Of a stretch of DNA of 64,000 nt, positions 1 to 12,800 are shown in pieces. The first letter of the stretch is position 1; each line of letters starts with the position of its first letter. Under the pieces are notes generated by a model. The model was not told the origin of the DNA, searched no databases, and saw only the letters and a list, made by a program, of their open reading frames with translations. The translations under genes were made by a program, and so were the position numbers. The DNA is from Trichoplax sp. H2 (Eukaryota): assembly GCA_003344405.1 (NCBI GenBank), contig NOWV01000135.1, positions 1 through 64,000 of the forward strand, written 5' to 3'.

Positions 1-830
1 TTACAGAAATATAATAATAATACGCGTTTTCTACGTATATCGTAATATACTCTATAGCTTACGACGACGAAGAAGATAATACTGAAACATCTAACGATAT
101 TCTATCGACGCTATCGCCGAACATTATTACAAGCTCGCCTATCTACGATAGTCTCCAGTCGCAAACAAGCTATGTATCTGCTTACTCAGTCGATACTAGT
201 GTTAGTCGTATAATATCTTTATTACAAGATATACTTACGTCGACAATAACGTTAACAGAGATAGAAAATCAAAGTGCGACGTCGTTAGTTATATCAAGTC
301 AACAAGTAAGTACGCTTATAACGTCGGAAGATCTCTTGGAGTCATCATTACTAGAGAATAGACAAGAAACTACATCTATGTTATCGTCGACAGGTTAGAG
401 ATTATACTAAATATATATCAGAATGTATAGACGCTGTAACGTGTGTATAAATAGCTATAGCTAACTTAAAATAGATATATACGATTAACGTAGTATTACA
501 GAAATATAATAATAATACGCGTTTTCTACGTATATCGTAATATACTCTATAGCTTACGACGACGAAGAAGATAATACTGAAACATTTAACGATATTCTAT
601 CGACGCTATCGCCGAACATTATTACAAGCTCGCCTATCTACGATAGTCTTCAGTCGCAAATAAGCTATGTATCTGCTTACTCAGTCGATACTAGTGTTAG
701 TCGTATAATCTCTTTATTACAAGATATACTTACGTCGACAATAACGTTAACAGAGATAGAAAATCAAAGTACGACGTCGTTAGTTATATCAAGTCAACAA
801 CTTAGTACGCTTGTGACATCGGAAGATCAA
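1..830 (+). repeat. Tandem exon+intron repeat, 495-bp period, 2 copies visible (probably continues upstream of the window)
   Basis: ttacagaaatataataataatacgcg occurs at 1 and 496. Near-identical exons [34 protein letters not shown] start at 58 and 553. Confidence 0.95.
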
Positions 831-3800
831 TCAGTATTATCATTTCAAGAAAGACCATACTCATCAGGTTTGAATTTACCGTAAGATGTTTATATTGCTA
901 TTAAACTAAGTTTTTACGCTTAATTGTTAGAAAATATATAAGAAATTTTTCTGCATGCATATTTTTGTTGCTCTTTAGGATATTATAAGATGTCAGTACT
1001 ATAAAAGTAAATAAGTAGAAATTACCTTATAGCAATGCTCATTTCTAAGCGTTTTTCTAATAGAATTAATCACAAATAGCTTTTTAGGAAATATTTCTTA
1101 GTCAATAATAACACTATGGTTTAATACTATTGATTGTATATTTAATTTTAGAGATTACTGGATTTTCCGAAAAAACTCTACCTCCATCGTTATCAACGAT
1201 CAATATTATTGAAAGCTCTATTGTTTTCAAAGATTTTCAAGTTAAAAGTGGTAACGTTAGCTTATTAACACCATCGACTAGCGTACTATCATCATTATTG
1301 CAAGATACGAAGACATTGGTATTTACTCCAACATCAGACATATTCCATTACTCAGACACTAGTAGCAGTTTCCTTGTTGCTGATTCTTCAATGACTTCGA
1401 TACCAATTGCTACCTATTCTTTATATTCTAGTAGAAATAGTCCATCTAGCGAATTGCGGAGCTCGATTCAATCTTCTACAGATAGCATTTTGGCTACTTC
1501 AATTCAACAATCCATGCTTACCATGATTTCGTCATCGACTCGTATATCCTCATATTTATTTTCAGATGTTAGCAGTCTGATGAAATACCCGAATTCGGTA
1601 AAACTTGATCAAGTTATCACTTTTTCTACCCCACAATCTGAATTTTCCACTGTATCGGAAATGTATACCACTTCGACAGGGCTCAGCCTTGATAGTAGTT
1701 TTGCTTTTTCCCTACTTCAATCTGAGTATTCGATTGTATCATCATCTTATTTATCAATATTTAGCAGTAAAACAGGATTACTAAGCTCCATCTATTCTTC
1801 TGCGCTAATAACTCCCGACATCTTTTCGACTACTCCAATCCAAAGATCAGAGCTGAAGCTTACCTCGGCACTAACTTTAGATAGCTCGATCAAATCTTCG
1901 ATTGAGCCACCTCATGATATTGTTTCTACCACTCCAGAATTTTCCATTTCGACTACTTCTATATATTATCCTACAAGATTTAATAAGAGTTCATCTTTCA
2001 TCGATCTGCTAATCTCTGCAAAGCCTTCTTTATCATCAGATTTAGTTACGTCGATTTCATTGTCAGAGTATTCAATCATTTCTCTATCAATTAATCAAAG
2101 TTTATCACATTCATACGATTTTATTTCCAATACCTTTTTATCCAGTATGCCATTGGCAATTTCATCATCATCCTTTTCTAAATATTCGATGACACTCTCA
2201 AGTTTAGGTATTGTATCAGTAGTTTGACTGTAGAGTCTACAGTAGATGTAAAATACAACTCTTTAAATCGTGTGAAATCATTGAATACACTCATGTATTA
2301 TACTCAAATTTGACTGATTCTCTCATATATGACGTAGCTACGGACTTGGTATCCTTTCATTCAAATATCATCTCTTCTGAAGGATCTATTACCGTTATTT
2401 CCACAAGTATTGAGACAAGTTATCCTTCTACTACCTATGTGGTACATCCAATACTATTGGAATCAACAACTATTGCACCGTCGACTACTTCAGAAGGTAA
2501 ACAATAGTGATTCTAACTCTATACGACAATATTCGCTTATATTGTATCTCTTTCATGAGAAAATGAGCTGTGCATTGACCTCATACTAATCCTACCTCTA
2601 TAACTTCAGTAACCTCCTCAAGGCTACCTGATATCTACGATTGTTCGATAAATACCAATTTATGCCATTCTAAAGCAGACTGTATTAATACTTCTGGATT
2701 ATACAATTGCTTATGCTGTTCGGGATTTACAGGAAATGGAACTTATTGCGCAGGTGATTTAGCTATTATATCTACAACGTTGCAGATTTTAGTTCTACGT
2801 ATTTGTTACACTGCTCTATTCTTACAGAATGATTCTCATATTACAAATCGCTACCGCATCATTTTACATTAGATATAGACGAATGTGCAAAAAACCAACA
2901 TGAATGTCCTAATAGATCTGTATGCATTAATAACATTGGATCTTACCAATGCCAATGCATGAGCGGATTTTCGGGTAACGGCACGCTTTGCGAAGGTAAA
3001 AATATTGCATATTGTCTCCTATTTCTTGCTACTCAAACGATTGATTATTAGTATGACTCTCAGATAAACTAACATCACTACTCTACATTAGATATAGATG
3101 AATGCACAATGAACCAATATCGATGTCATAATAAATCTATGTGTATTAATATCATTGGATCTTATCAATGCCAATGCATAAAGGGATTTTCGGGCAACGG
3201 CACATTTTGTGAAGGTAAAAACATATTATCTTATATTATTAATTTGCTTACTATGCTAATAATTGATTGTTAATATGATTTTTGGACGAAAAATTTACAT
3301 TATTCAATATTAGATATAAATGAATGCGTGATAAATGAAGATAGATGTCATAATAGATCTATATGTATAAATAACATTGGATCTTATCAGTGTCAATGCA
3401 TAAACGGATTTTCGGGTAACGGCAAATTTTGTGACGGTAAGGTTTTATCATACTCCATTAATTTACTTATTTATTTATATGATCGAAAATAAACTTAATT
3501 CTTAGACGATCGATACTATTCTATATCAGATAAAGATGAATGTGCATTAAACCAACATGGGTGTCATAATAGATCTATATGTATTAATACCATTGGATCT
3601 TACCAATGCCAATGTATGAATGGATTTTCGGGTAACGGCACGCTTTGTGAAGGTAAAGATATAGTATCTTTTGTTAATTTGTCCTCTACTCAGATAATCG
3701 ACTTTTAATGTGAATTACAGGTAAACTAACATTACTCTTTTACATCAGATATAGATGAATGCGCAATAAACCAACATGAATGCCATAATAGATCTATATG

Positions 3801-6800
3801 TATAAATAACATTGGATCTTATCAATGCCAATGCATAAACGGATTTTCGGATAACGGCACGTTTTGTGAAGGTAAAAATATATTGTTTTTTATTAATTTG
3901 CCCGTTATTCGAATAATTAATTTTTAATATGATTCTCAGATAGTCTAACATTACTAATCTACATTAGACATAGACGAATGTGCATTAAACCAACATGGAT
4001 GTCATAATAAATCTATATGTATAAATAACATTGGATCTTATCAATGTCAATGCATAAACGGATTTTCGGGTAATGGCACATTTTGTGAAGGTAAGGTTTT
4101 GTTATACTCTACTGATTTACTCATTTATTCAAATGGTCGGAAGTAAACTTGGTTCTAAGATGAATTACCGATACTATTCTACATTAGATATAGACGAATG
4201 TCTGGCTAATGAACATAGATGTCATAATAGATCTATATGTATTAATAACATTGGATCCTATCAATGCCAGTGCATAAACGGATTTTCGGGTAACGGCACG
4301 CTTTGTGAAGGTAAAATGTGTTTATCTTTTATTAATTTGCTTATTATTCTAATAAGCGATTATTTAAGTTGTTAATATGATTCTTAGACGAATTATCAAT
4401 ATTTTTCTACATTAGATATAGACGAATGTGTAACAAATGCACATGGATGTCATAATAGATCTATATGTATAAATAACATTGGATCTTATCAATGCCAATG
4501 CATAAGAGGATTTTCGGGTAACGGCACGCTTTGTAAAGGTAAGATTTTAATGTAATTTATTAACTTCCTTGTTACTCTATTACCTCGATTATATATATAC
4601 AGTATATATATAGATATATATGTTTCTAATATGATTCTCAAATGAAATATCGATATTTTTCTGCATCAGATATAGATGAATGTGTGGCAATTGAACATGG
4701 ATGTCATAATAAATCTGTATGTATAAATAACGTTGGATCTTACCAATGCCGATGCATAAATGGATTTTTGGGTAACGGTACGCTTTGTGAAGGTAAGATA
4801 TTTACAGTAATCTATTAATTTAATTATTATTCTAATGATCGATCATTAATATGATTCTTAAATGAAACATCGATATCTTTCTGCATTAGATATAGACGAA
4901 TGTGTGACAAATCAGCATAAATGTCATAATAGATCTATATGTATAAATAACATTGGATCTTACCAGTGCCAATGCATAAATGGATTTTCGGGTAGCGGCA
5001 CCCTTTGCGAAGGTAAGATTTTATTGTACTCTATTAATTAGTTACTCATGTAGGCGAGCATCAATTATAATTCTAAAGAAAATCATAATTTCAACAGTAT
5101 CTAATTTTCGAAAGGTTCTAGTAACTGTTTTATTTGCTAACCAAGTAAAACAAATAAAAGCGACAGTTTACGGGCACATTAAAATCTTCTCAGCAATAAA
5201 ACTTAAATTTCTCTAAAGTATTTGATGATGGCTTTCTTTTAGATATTGATGAATGTTTAGCAAACCAACATAATTGTCATAGCCAGGCGAACTGTATCAA
5301 TGGAATTGGCTCTTATGAGTGTTTTTGTAGGGTCGGATATACAGGAAATGGTACAATTTGTGAAGGTAATTTTAACTTAGTACCGTTATAGCTGAAACTT
5401 GAATTTATATAGATTTGATTAGCTCTGATATGATAATTTGCCTTTTTAGACGTCAATGAATGCAAAAATGGCAATCGTTGCCACCCCAATAGTACCTGTC
5501 ATAATAATATTGGCTCATTTAATTGTTTATGTCTAACCGGTTTTAGTGGCAATGGCACACATTGTACAGGTATATTCAGCAAAAATACAATTGTAATTTA
5601 GTAATAAATATAATATTGAACTTCATCTGCCTGCTAGATGTTGATGAATGTGCAACAAATCAGCACCAATGTCATCAACAAGCTATTTGTAGCAATATTC
5701 TTGGTTCATATGAATGTAATTGTCGCTCTGGTTATATCGGTAGTGGCACAAGCTGTTCAGGTTATTTAAATTCTTAGAAAGTATCAACATGTATATTTCC
5801 TCAGTTTAAATAAGATATTTAAAAGTTTTAATAAGAATTATAATTTTATTGTATAAAACAAAACTCAGATATCAATGAATGCAATGGCTTACATAATTGC
5901 AGCAGTTTGGCAACCTGTTACAATACCGCTGGCTCTTATTATTGTACCTGTAATTATGGCTTGCAAGGTAACGGAATCTATTGTTTTCGGGAAGGTAAGC
6001 ATCTTATCAATTTTATCGAGATTTAACTGAATAAAAATTTTCGGCGAACGACTCGACGTATAACCTAATGTTCTATGGTGACTCTATTATCTCAGGAACT
6101 AGACTATATCCATACGGGTTGCAATTTGGTGATCGCTCATTCGGTCGCACTGATCAGGGATCGCTTTATTTATACTTATCAGAACCAATTTATTTTGTCC
6201 AGACATCGTATCGAGGAATTTATGTATGTGCTACATGATATTAATGTATAAGCTAGCATAAAATACTAATTTTAGGCAGATAAGGGTAGTCTATATTAAG
6301 CAACGTCAGCATGAGATCATTCTGTATTAGTTTGAGTGCCCCTAGAATTACCTACATATACTGCAATAGCTGGAAAAATGAAATATTAGTCATTAAACAG
6401 ATTTATACTAACCGTCAATGACTAAAGTTGTGGCTACGCTACAAGATTGTTTTCTTTACTATCTAAAACTAATCAGTCAATGGTGCCGTAAGTTTTCATT
6501 TAGATCCTTTTTCAGTGAGGTACAACATTAATTAAACTCGTCTAAGAGAGCTCTGCATGACATAGTTAACTTTTATGGTAATGCCGTTGCATTACGTGGT
6601 CCATTTTTCGAGCTCTTATCATGATTGAAAAAATTATAATTTATTTTCATTCACAAGATATCTGCCGATGGTCTCGTTTCGTTGGGATTTCCGTATCTTG
6701 GTTTTAGACCTAGAAGATTTCCAAGACCATTTAACCGAGCTATAATTGCACCTTATTTTGCTGATTGTGATCTTCGAAGTCAAAGTTTATCTAGTGTTTA

Positions 6801-9800
6801 TTATCAGCAGTATTTTAGCTATCAAAATACTCCAATAGCTAAAGAAATTATAAAAAATGCCACGAATGATGTCCAACAATTTCAACAGATTGCAGCACAG
6901 AATCCCAATAATGCTATTTATGGTATATTTCGTGAGGTAGTAAGTAACTTTTCAGCAACTCATGTAATTGTTATCACTTGGTATAAAGTAGTTCCTTACC
7001 CTTTCTGGTATTATTGGCATTATCCTCCTCGTAAGGTAGGTTAAATAGTCTTTGGCAGCTATCAGTACGCATTTATAGCATTTTTGGATTATTAACACAT
7101 CATTATTTAGAGCTAAAGGCTAATAATTATAATTAACCTTTGGTTTATAGCAATTCTTGTAGTACAAATGTTAATGAGCGTATGATATGGTAATGGTAAA
7201 ACAGAATTAAACTAAATTCTAACCTAGACTTATTCTCTAATATCTCGAAAGCATTAACACACCAATACAGTATACACGTCTTTTGCGAGAGGGAGTTTTA
7301 TACTTGCTAATACCCTATGCATAGCGATTATGCTATTATATATTCTTAATTTCGATACTTAAAGTAATACTACGATAGTATTAGACTGGTGATTGACCTT
7401 GGATTTGAAGCTATTTTCATTGCACACTAAAAATTATGTAATGTACCTATAATTAATGAAATACTAAATAATCTTGAACTAATATTACAACTAATATTTT
7501 TTCTCATCAAAAACATCAAATAGTATAATACATTCCAATTAGTATTGATATCAAACGGAGAAAATCTTTTCGGCTTGTTTAACTATGAAGTCAATGGTTT
7601 TAACTGGTGGAAAAGAACCCCATGGATAAGAGCACGTGTCGGCTATTCTTATGGTGTAGCACCTTTTTATTACGAAATACCTTGGTCGCAAAGAAGAGAT
7701 CAAAACCTTCTCAGAATTGATCAATATCGAGGCAATACTGGAGAAATTGGTAAATGGGCATTCCGATTAGATGATCCCGATATTAAACATGTTAATTACG
7801 CTAGACGCTGTACTCGCTGGTATTATGCTCAAGCCTATTCTGTTTATTATCGACGAACATTGCCAGCCTGTCCATGTCGAGCAGCACAAGCAATTCTAGA
7901 TCCTAGATTTATTTATAACCGAAGAACCGGTTGTGCTATATCTCGATTTTCCTTTCCAGGTTGGGGATGGTGGTGGTTTTGGCCAAGGACATACTTCTAC
8001 TTATGGTCGAGACCGCCAAGGGTGTGTGGCTATTTTATAGTTGAATACAAATTAGAAAATAGTAGTCCCTATATTTTCTTCAAACTTGGTTGTTTATTAT
8101 TTTATAGGTCCAACAACGTTGCTGTTATTCTACTAATAGAAATACGGCAGGAGCATTAATACGTTCTTATCCAGGCGGTAGCTCGTTCACTTATGTAACT
8201 CGTTCACTTCGGCAAAACGATGAAGAAGCTTATAGTGCGTGTTGTAAATTGTCGCGATTATGTTATTTATATCGAATTAGAAGGCCAATCGACACATGCC
8301 GATTTTACAGGCCACCTCGTTGGTGTAAGTACATTTCGTTCTATTCATTTTTCCTTTCCTTGTTATGAGTTAGAAAAAATAGTAAGCTCTCATTAATATT
8401 GTATATCGGATAGATTTAAATGCTGGTATTTTGCTAATGTATTTCATATTATAGCATGGATGTGGGGTGATCCACACGTTGAAACATTAGATGGGAAAAA
8501 ATACAGTTTCAATGGAGTTGGAGAATACACCCTAATACGGTCGGAAAATAATTATTTTACTTTTCAAGGACGTACAAAAAGACCTTTCATTGCTAATACT
8601 ACCAAATTAGCTAAAGCAACTATTTACACATCTTTTGCAATGTCGAAAAATGATTCAGATACTGTTGAAGTCAAACTTAATGAAAACAGCAATACGATCG
8701 CGATCATTATTAATAAAAATTCTACCTACAATGATAGTCATTTAACGAATGGAACAGTGCTATCATTTAACAATATAGAGATATCGAAATCAAGCACAAC
8801 TTACATTATTTCGTTTACATCGGGCATATCTGCAGAAATTCAGGCAGTAACAGAAACCTTGGTTGCATCGGTCGTAACATCATCATCATTATTAGGTATT
8901 ACTAAAGGTCTACTAGGTACCTATAATGGCAATGTAACGGACGATTTCTTGCGCCCAGATGGAACTTATCTGAGTATCAACGCAACAGATGAAGAAATTT
9001 ATCATCAGTTTGGTCAATTGTGTAAGCAATATCTGTGATGAGCGTCCTATTTCTCATAATGCCGTAGTTGTTTATCTTTTTATACTAGATGTACCTAAAG
9101 ATGCTCTACGTAAATATGCTTTACATTTATAATCATTTTGTGATGTGTAATATGATAATCTATGAGAAAAATTTTCATTATAAGCCTTCAGTAAAATAAT
9201 TAAATACCAGAAATGTTTCCTATAGCAATGCTACACCTTATGCATTTTATGAGCGTTACATGCTAGTATTTATTTATATACGAGTGCAGTAGAACAGTTG
9301 TTTTGTTCCACTCTAAGTCTATCAGTTATTTACTTTTATAGGGCAAATCGACGGAAACGCGTCGTTATTTACTTATCCTCCTGGTAGGGGACCCGGTTAC
9401 TACAGTGATCCGTCTTTTGTACCAAATTTCTCCAAGGATATCAATTCCTTATTTGAAAATAATACTCAACTCAGAGATGAAGCTGTCAAATCTTGTAACG
9501 GAGATGCTGCTTGTCTATTTGATGCGGCAGAAACTTTAAGTTTAGCTGTCGCTGTTGGGAGTAAGAACGTTTCAGAAAGTATCGCGACTGCACAGAAAGA
9601 TATAAGTAAGTAAACCAACTACAGCAATACCTTTCAATTCTGCTATTATTAGCAGAAATTAAACAATTTTGCATATTAAATCGTGCATTTGAGGTCATTC
9701 ATTTACTTGATCGGTAGATATATTTCCGCCAACAATAACTGGTGAAAGCATCTTTAATGTAACTTTTGGCCAAGTTTTTACTACAGTATTAAATATTTCT

Positions 9801-12800
9801 GATGGAAATAGCAATAAGATGTTGGAATTAAATGCTGCAAATTTACCTCCTGGTGCATCAATTGATAATGAAACTTTTGTATTTACCTGGAATGTTACCA
9901 CTTACAAGAATATTTCCTTTGAATTTACCGTCATTAACTCGCACAATTTATCTGCTATATTCAAACCAGCTATCTTCATGTGTTATTGTGCTAATAATGG
10001 AACCTGCCAATACGAGTAAGCTCTCTTTACCAATGTTGAATTTGATAAAATTGATTTTAGAATTGATACAACATATTGACCTCAGAAAATATCATATTAG
10101 TACAGTGTGATGGTTTGGGTGTATAGTAATCTGTATAGTTTCTCCTAGATTTGATTTTAAATTCTTCAGTCAATTCCTTCTATAATTTGTTATTTTAGTT
10201 CCGAATCAATAACTATAAATGATACTGGATATGCTGTCTGCCAATGTGCTTCAGGATGGGTCGGTTCGTTTTGTACTCAAGATTTAGATGAGTGTGCTGG
10301 CAATCCTTGTTATGAGAATGTTACTTGTACGCCAATGCAAGCACCAGCTACTGGTTATACATGTGGATTATGTCCCGGTGGGCTGCAAGGCGACGGAGTT
10401 AAGTGTTATGGTAAGAGAAAATTTTAACACGCTACCTTGATATTTTTATATCAGTATCTGATTCATTTTTATAACCCTAATTTATAATTTATTGCTCAAC
10501 TTATAAACAAATTAATGCGCAGAGCCATTTATTTTTACGCTTATATATGCCTAATTGTACGCTATAGCGGTCAATAACATTGTCTTTTGCTATGTCATGA
10601 TTTTCGTATTCTCCTAGATGTTAACGAATGTGAAACAGGTGCAAGTTTATGTAACCAAACCTGCGTTAATACCGTTGGATGCTATTCATGTCTTTGCAAT
10701 GCAGGATTTGAACTTGATGCAAACAAATTTGATTGCAAAGGTATCCCTAACTCAGTTTATTCTTAAATTCGATCTTACATTACAGCTAGTATTTAAGAGA
10801 AAATTTAACTATTCTTGTCTTATGAATGTGAGAAATTGTCCACGATTATTTTTATAATATAGAATACCGTCAGAGATGTTTTTAATAGGTTTAAAATATT
10901 TCAGATCTTTCACTATTTGATAAAGGATGTATACCGTACCTTATAGACTTGTTTTTAAGGGTCATTAAGGAATTTACTTAACATATACTGAAAAATATGC
11001 TCGGATTCGTTTTAGACATTGATGAATGTAGCATCATTCAGCCTTGCCATCAAATCTGTGTTAACAGTTTTGGGAGTTATAGTTGCGCTTGCAACCATGG
11101 ATACAGCTTAAATAGCGATAACAGAACTTGTTCGCGTAAGTCACACTGTCGGCTAATAAAAGAATACAACATTTAGATGTTGCATGTAACATGATAATCC
11201 GCTCAGTACTGTTATATTGACAATGATTTGCCCTTAATTATTTTAATAGCTATTATATCATGTAGCTCCATTTCAAATAACTGTTCACAAACATGTGCAG
11301 TGATTAACAATAAAATAGCTTGCAGCTGCAACGAAGGATTTAATTTAGCTACTGATCAAGCTACCTGTCAAGGTATCAAATGACTAAATTATCATTTTAA
11401 ATATGCATAGCTTACACCCATTCCTAAGAATGATTTTGTTAATAATATTACTCACCCACAATTCTTAGGAATGAGCGTAACATATATATATATAATATAA
11501 TATAAATATGTATGTCTATAATTGGCTTATTTGTAATACAGATCAAGATGAATGCACTAGCAATCCTACTATTTGTGCTCATAATTGCACAAATACGGTA
11601 GGAAGTTATAAATGTAGCTGTAGAAGTGGATATCAACTTCGTGCTGATGGAAGGACTTGCCAAGGTTATTATAAATTACAAATTATATACACCGTATATG
11701 AGTATATATATCGGCTAAATTCAAAAACTGAGGATATTTCTTTCTTCTTATATCGGGTGACGATATTCAATCGTAGACATTGATGAATGTACTAATATAA
11801 CGACTTGTCCCCTCAACACCATTTGCACTAATACTCCTGGTTCATATGAGTGCCAGTGCGTTGATGGCTTTCAGTTTATTGGAACAGAATGCGAAGGTAA
11901 TGAACAGCATGTGATTAACATTTAATTCATTCCCATTATTTTATCAGTCAATTGGTCAGACGAAATTCTGCTTCTGGTTACTTCATATAAATATACAGTC
12001 TAGTGATTTCTTAATTGAATTTAGACATAGATGAATGTGGCCGTCCGGAGCTTAATGCATGCAACCGCTATGCATCTTGTGTAAACTTTGCTGGTAGTTA
12101 CAACTGTCTATGTAAAAGCGGTTTTGATGGAAATGGAATTGTTTGTACTGGTAAGCTTATGGGAAAGAATAGTATTACAGCATTATTGACTTAAATGCTA
12201 GGTAGATCTACAGCAATATTAGTTTACTAAGTAACAGCACCTGTATAATATTATTGCTTAGACATCAATGAATGCAATAACATTAACAACTGCTCAGGCA
12301 ATGCTCAGTGCCAGAACGATATTGGTAGCTATCGCTGTATTTGCAGAAATGGATTTACTGGCAATGGATTTACTTGCACAGGTGATACTAATTCCGTTTA
12401 GATGATGGACTGAGGACTACATTCTAAGCTTTTTTGCTTGGCATTGCTATACTAATGCTAATGGCTGTATTTTGTTTAGATATCAACGAATGCGACAACT
12501 TATCAAGCTGTAGGAGAGAGGAGATCTGCTATAATACTCTTAGTAGTTATTATTGTGCATGCAAGAAAGGATTTTATTTGGATTCCAATACGAATGGTAC
12601 AACGCATTGTAAAGGTAGGAAAATTCACAGAAAAATTAATATTAGTACTTTACTAGCTGCAGTAGCATGGTATGTTAATAGTTAAAACAATATTACAGAT
12701 ACAAATATCGCAACTATTGCATGATGTTATTGATTTTTTCTTCGCTGGAAGCGCTTAATTATGTTTTGTAAAGATATTACCATATACAAAAAGCTATAAA

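Noticed and set aside
2208-2337. Apparent stop or frameshift between ORFs 1130-2227 and 2310-2507
   Set aside because: A phase-1 GT-AG intron (2208-2337) joins the two frames cleanly, so gene A is not a pseudogene here.
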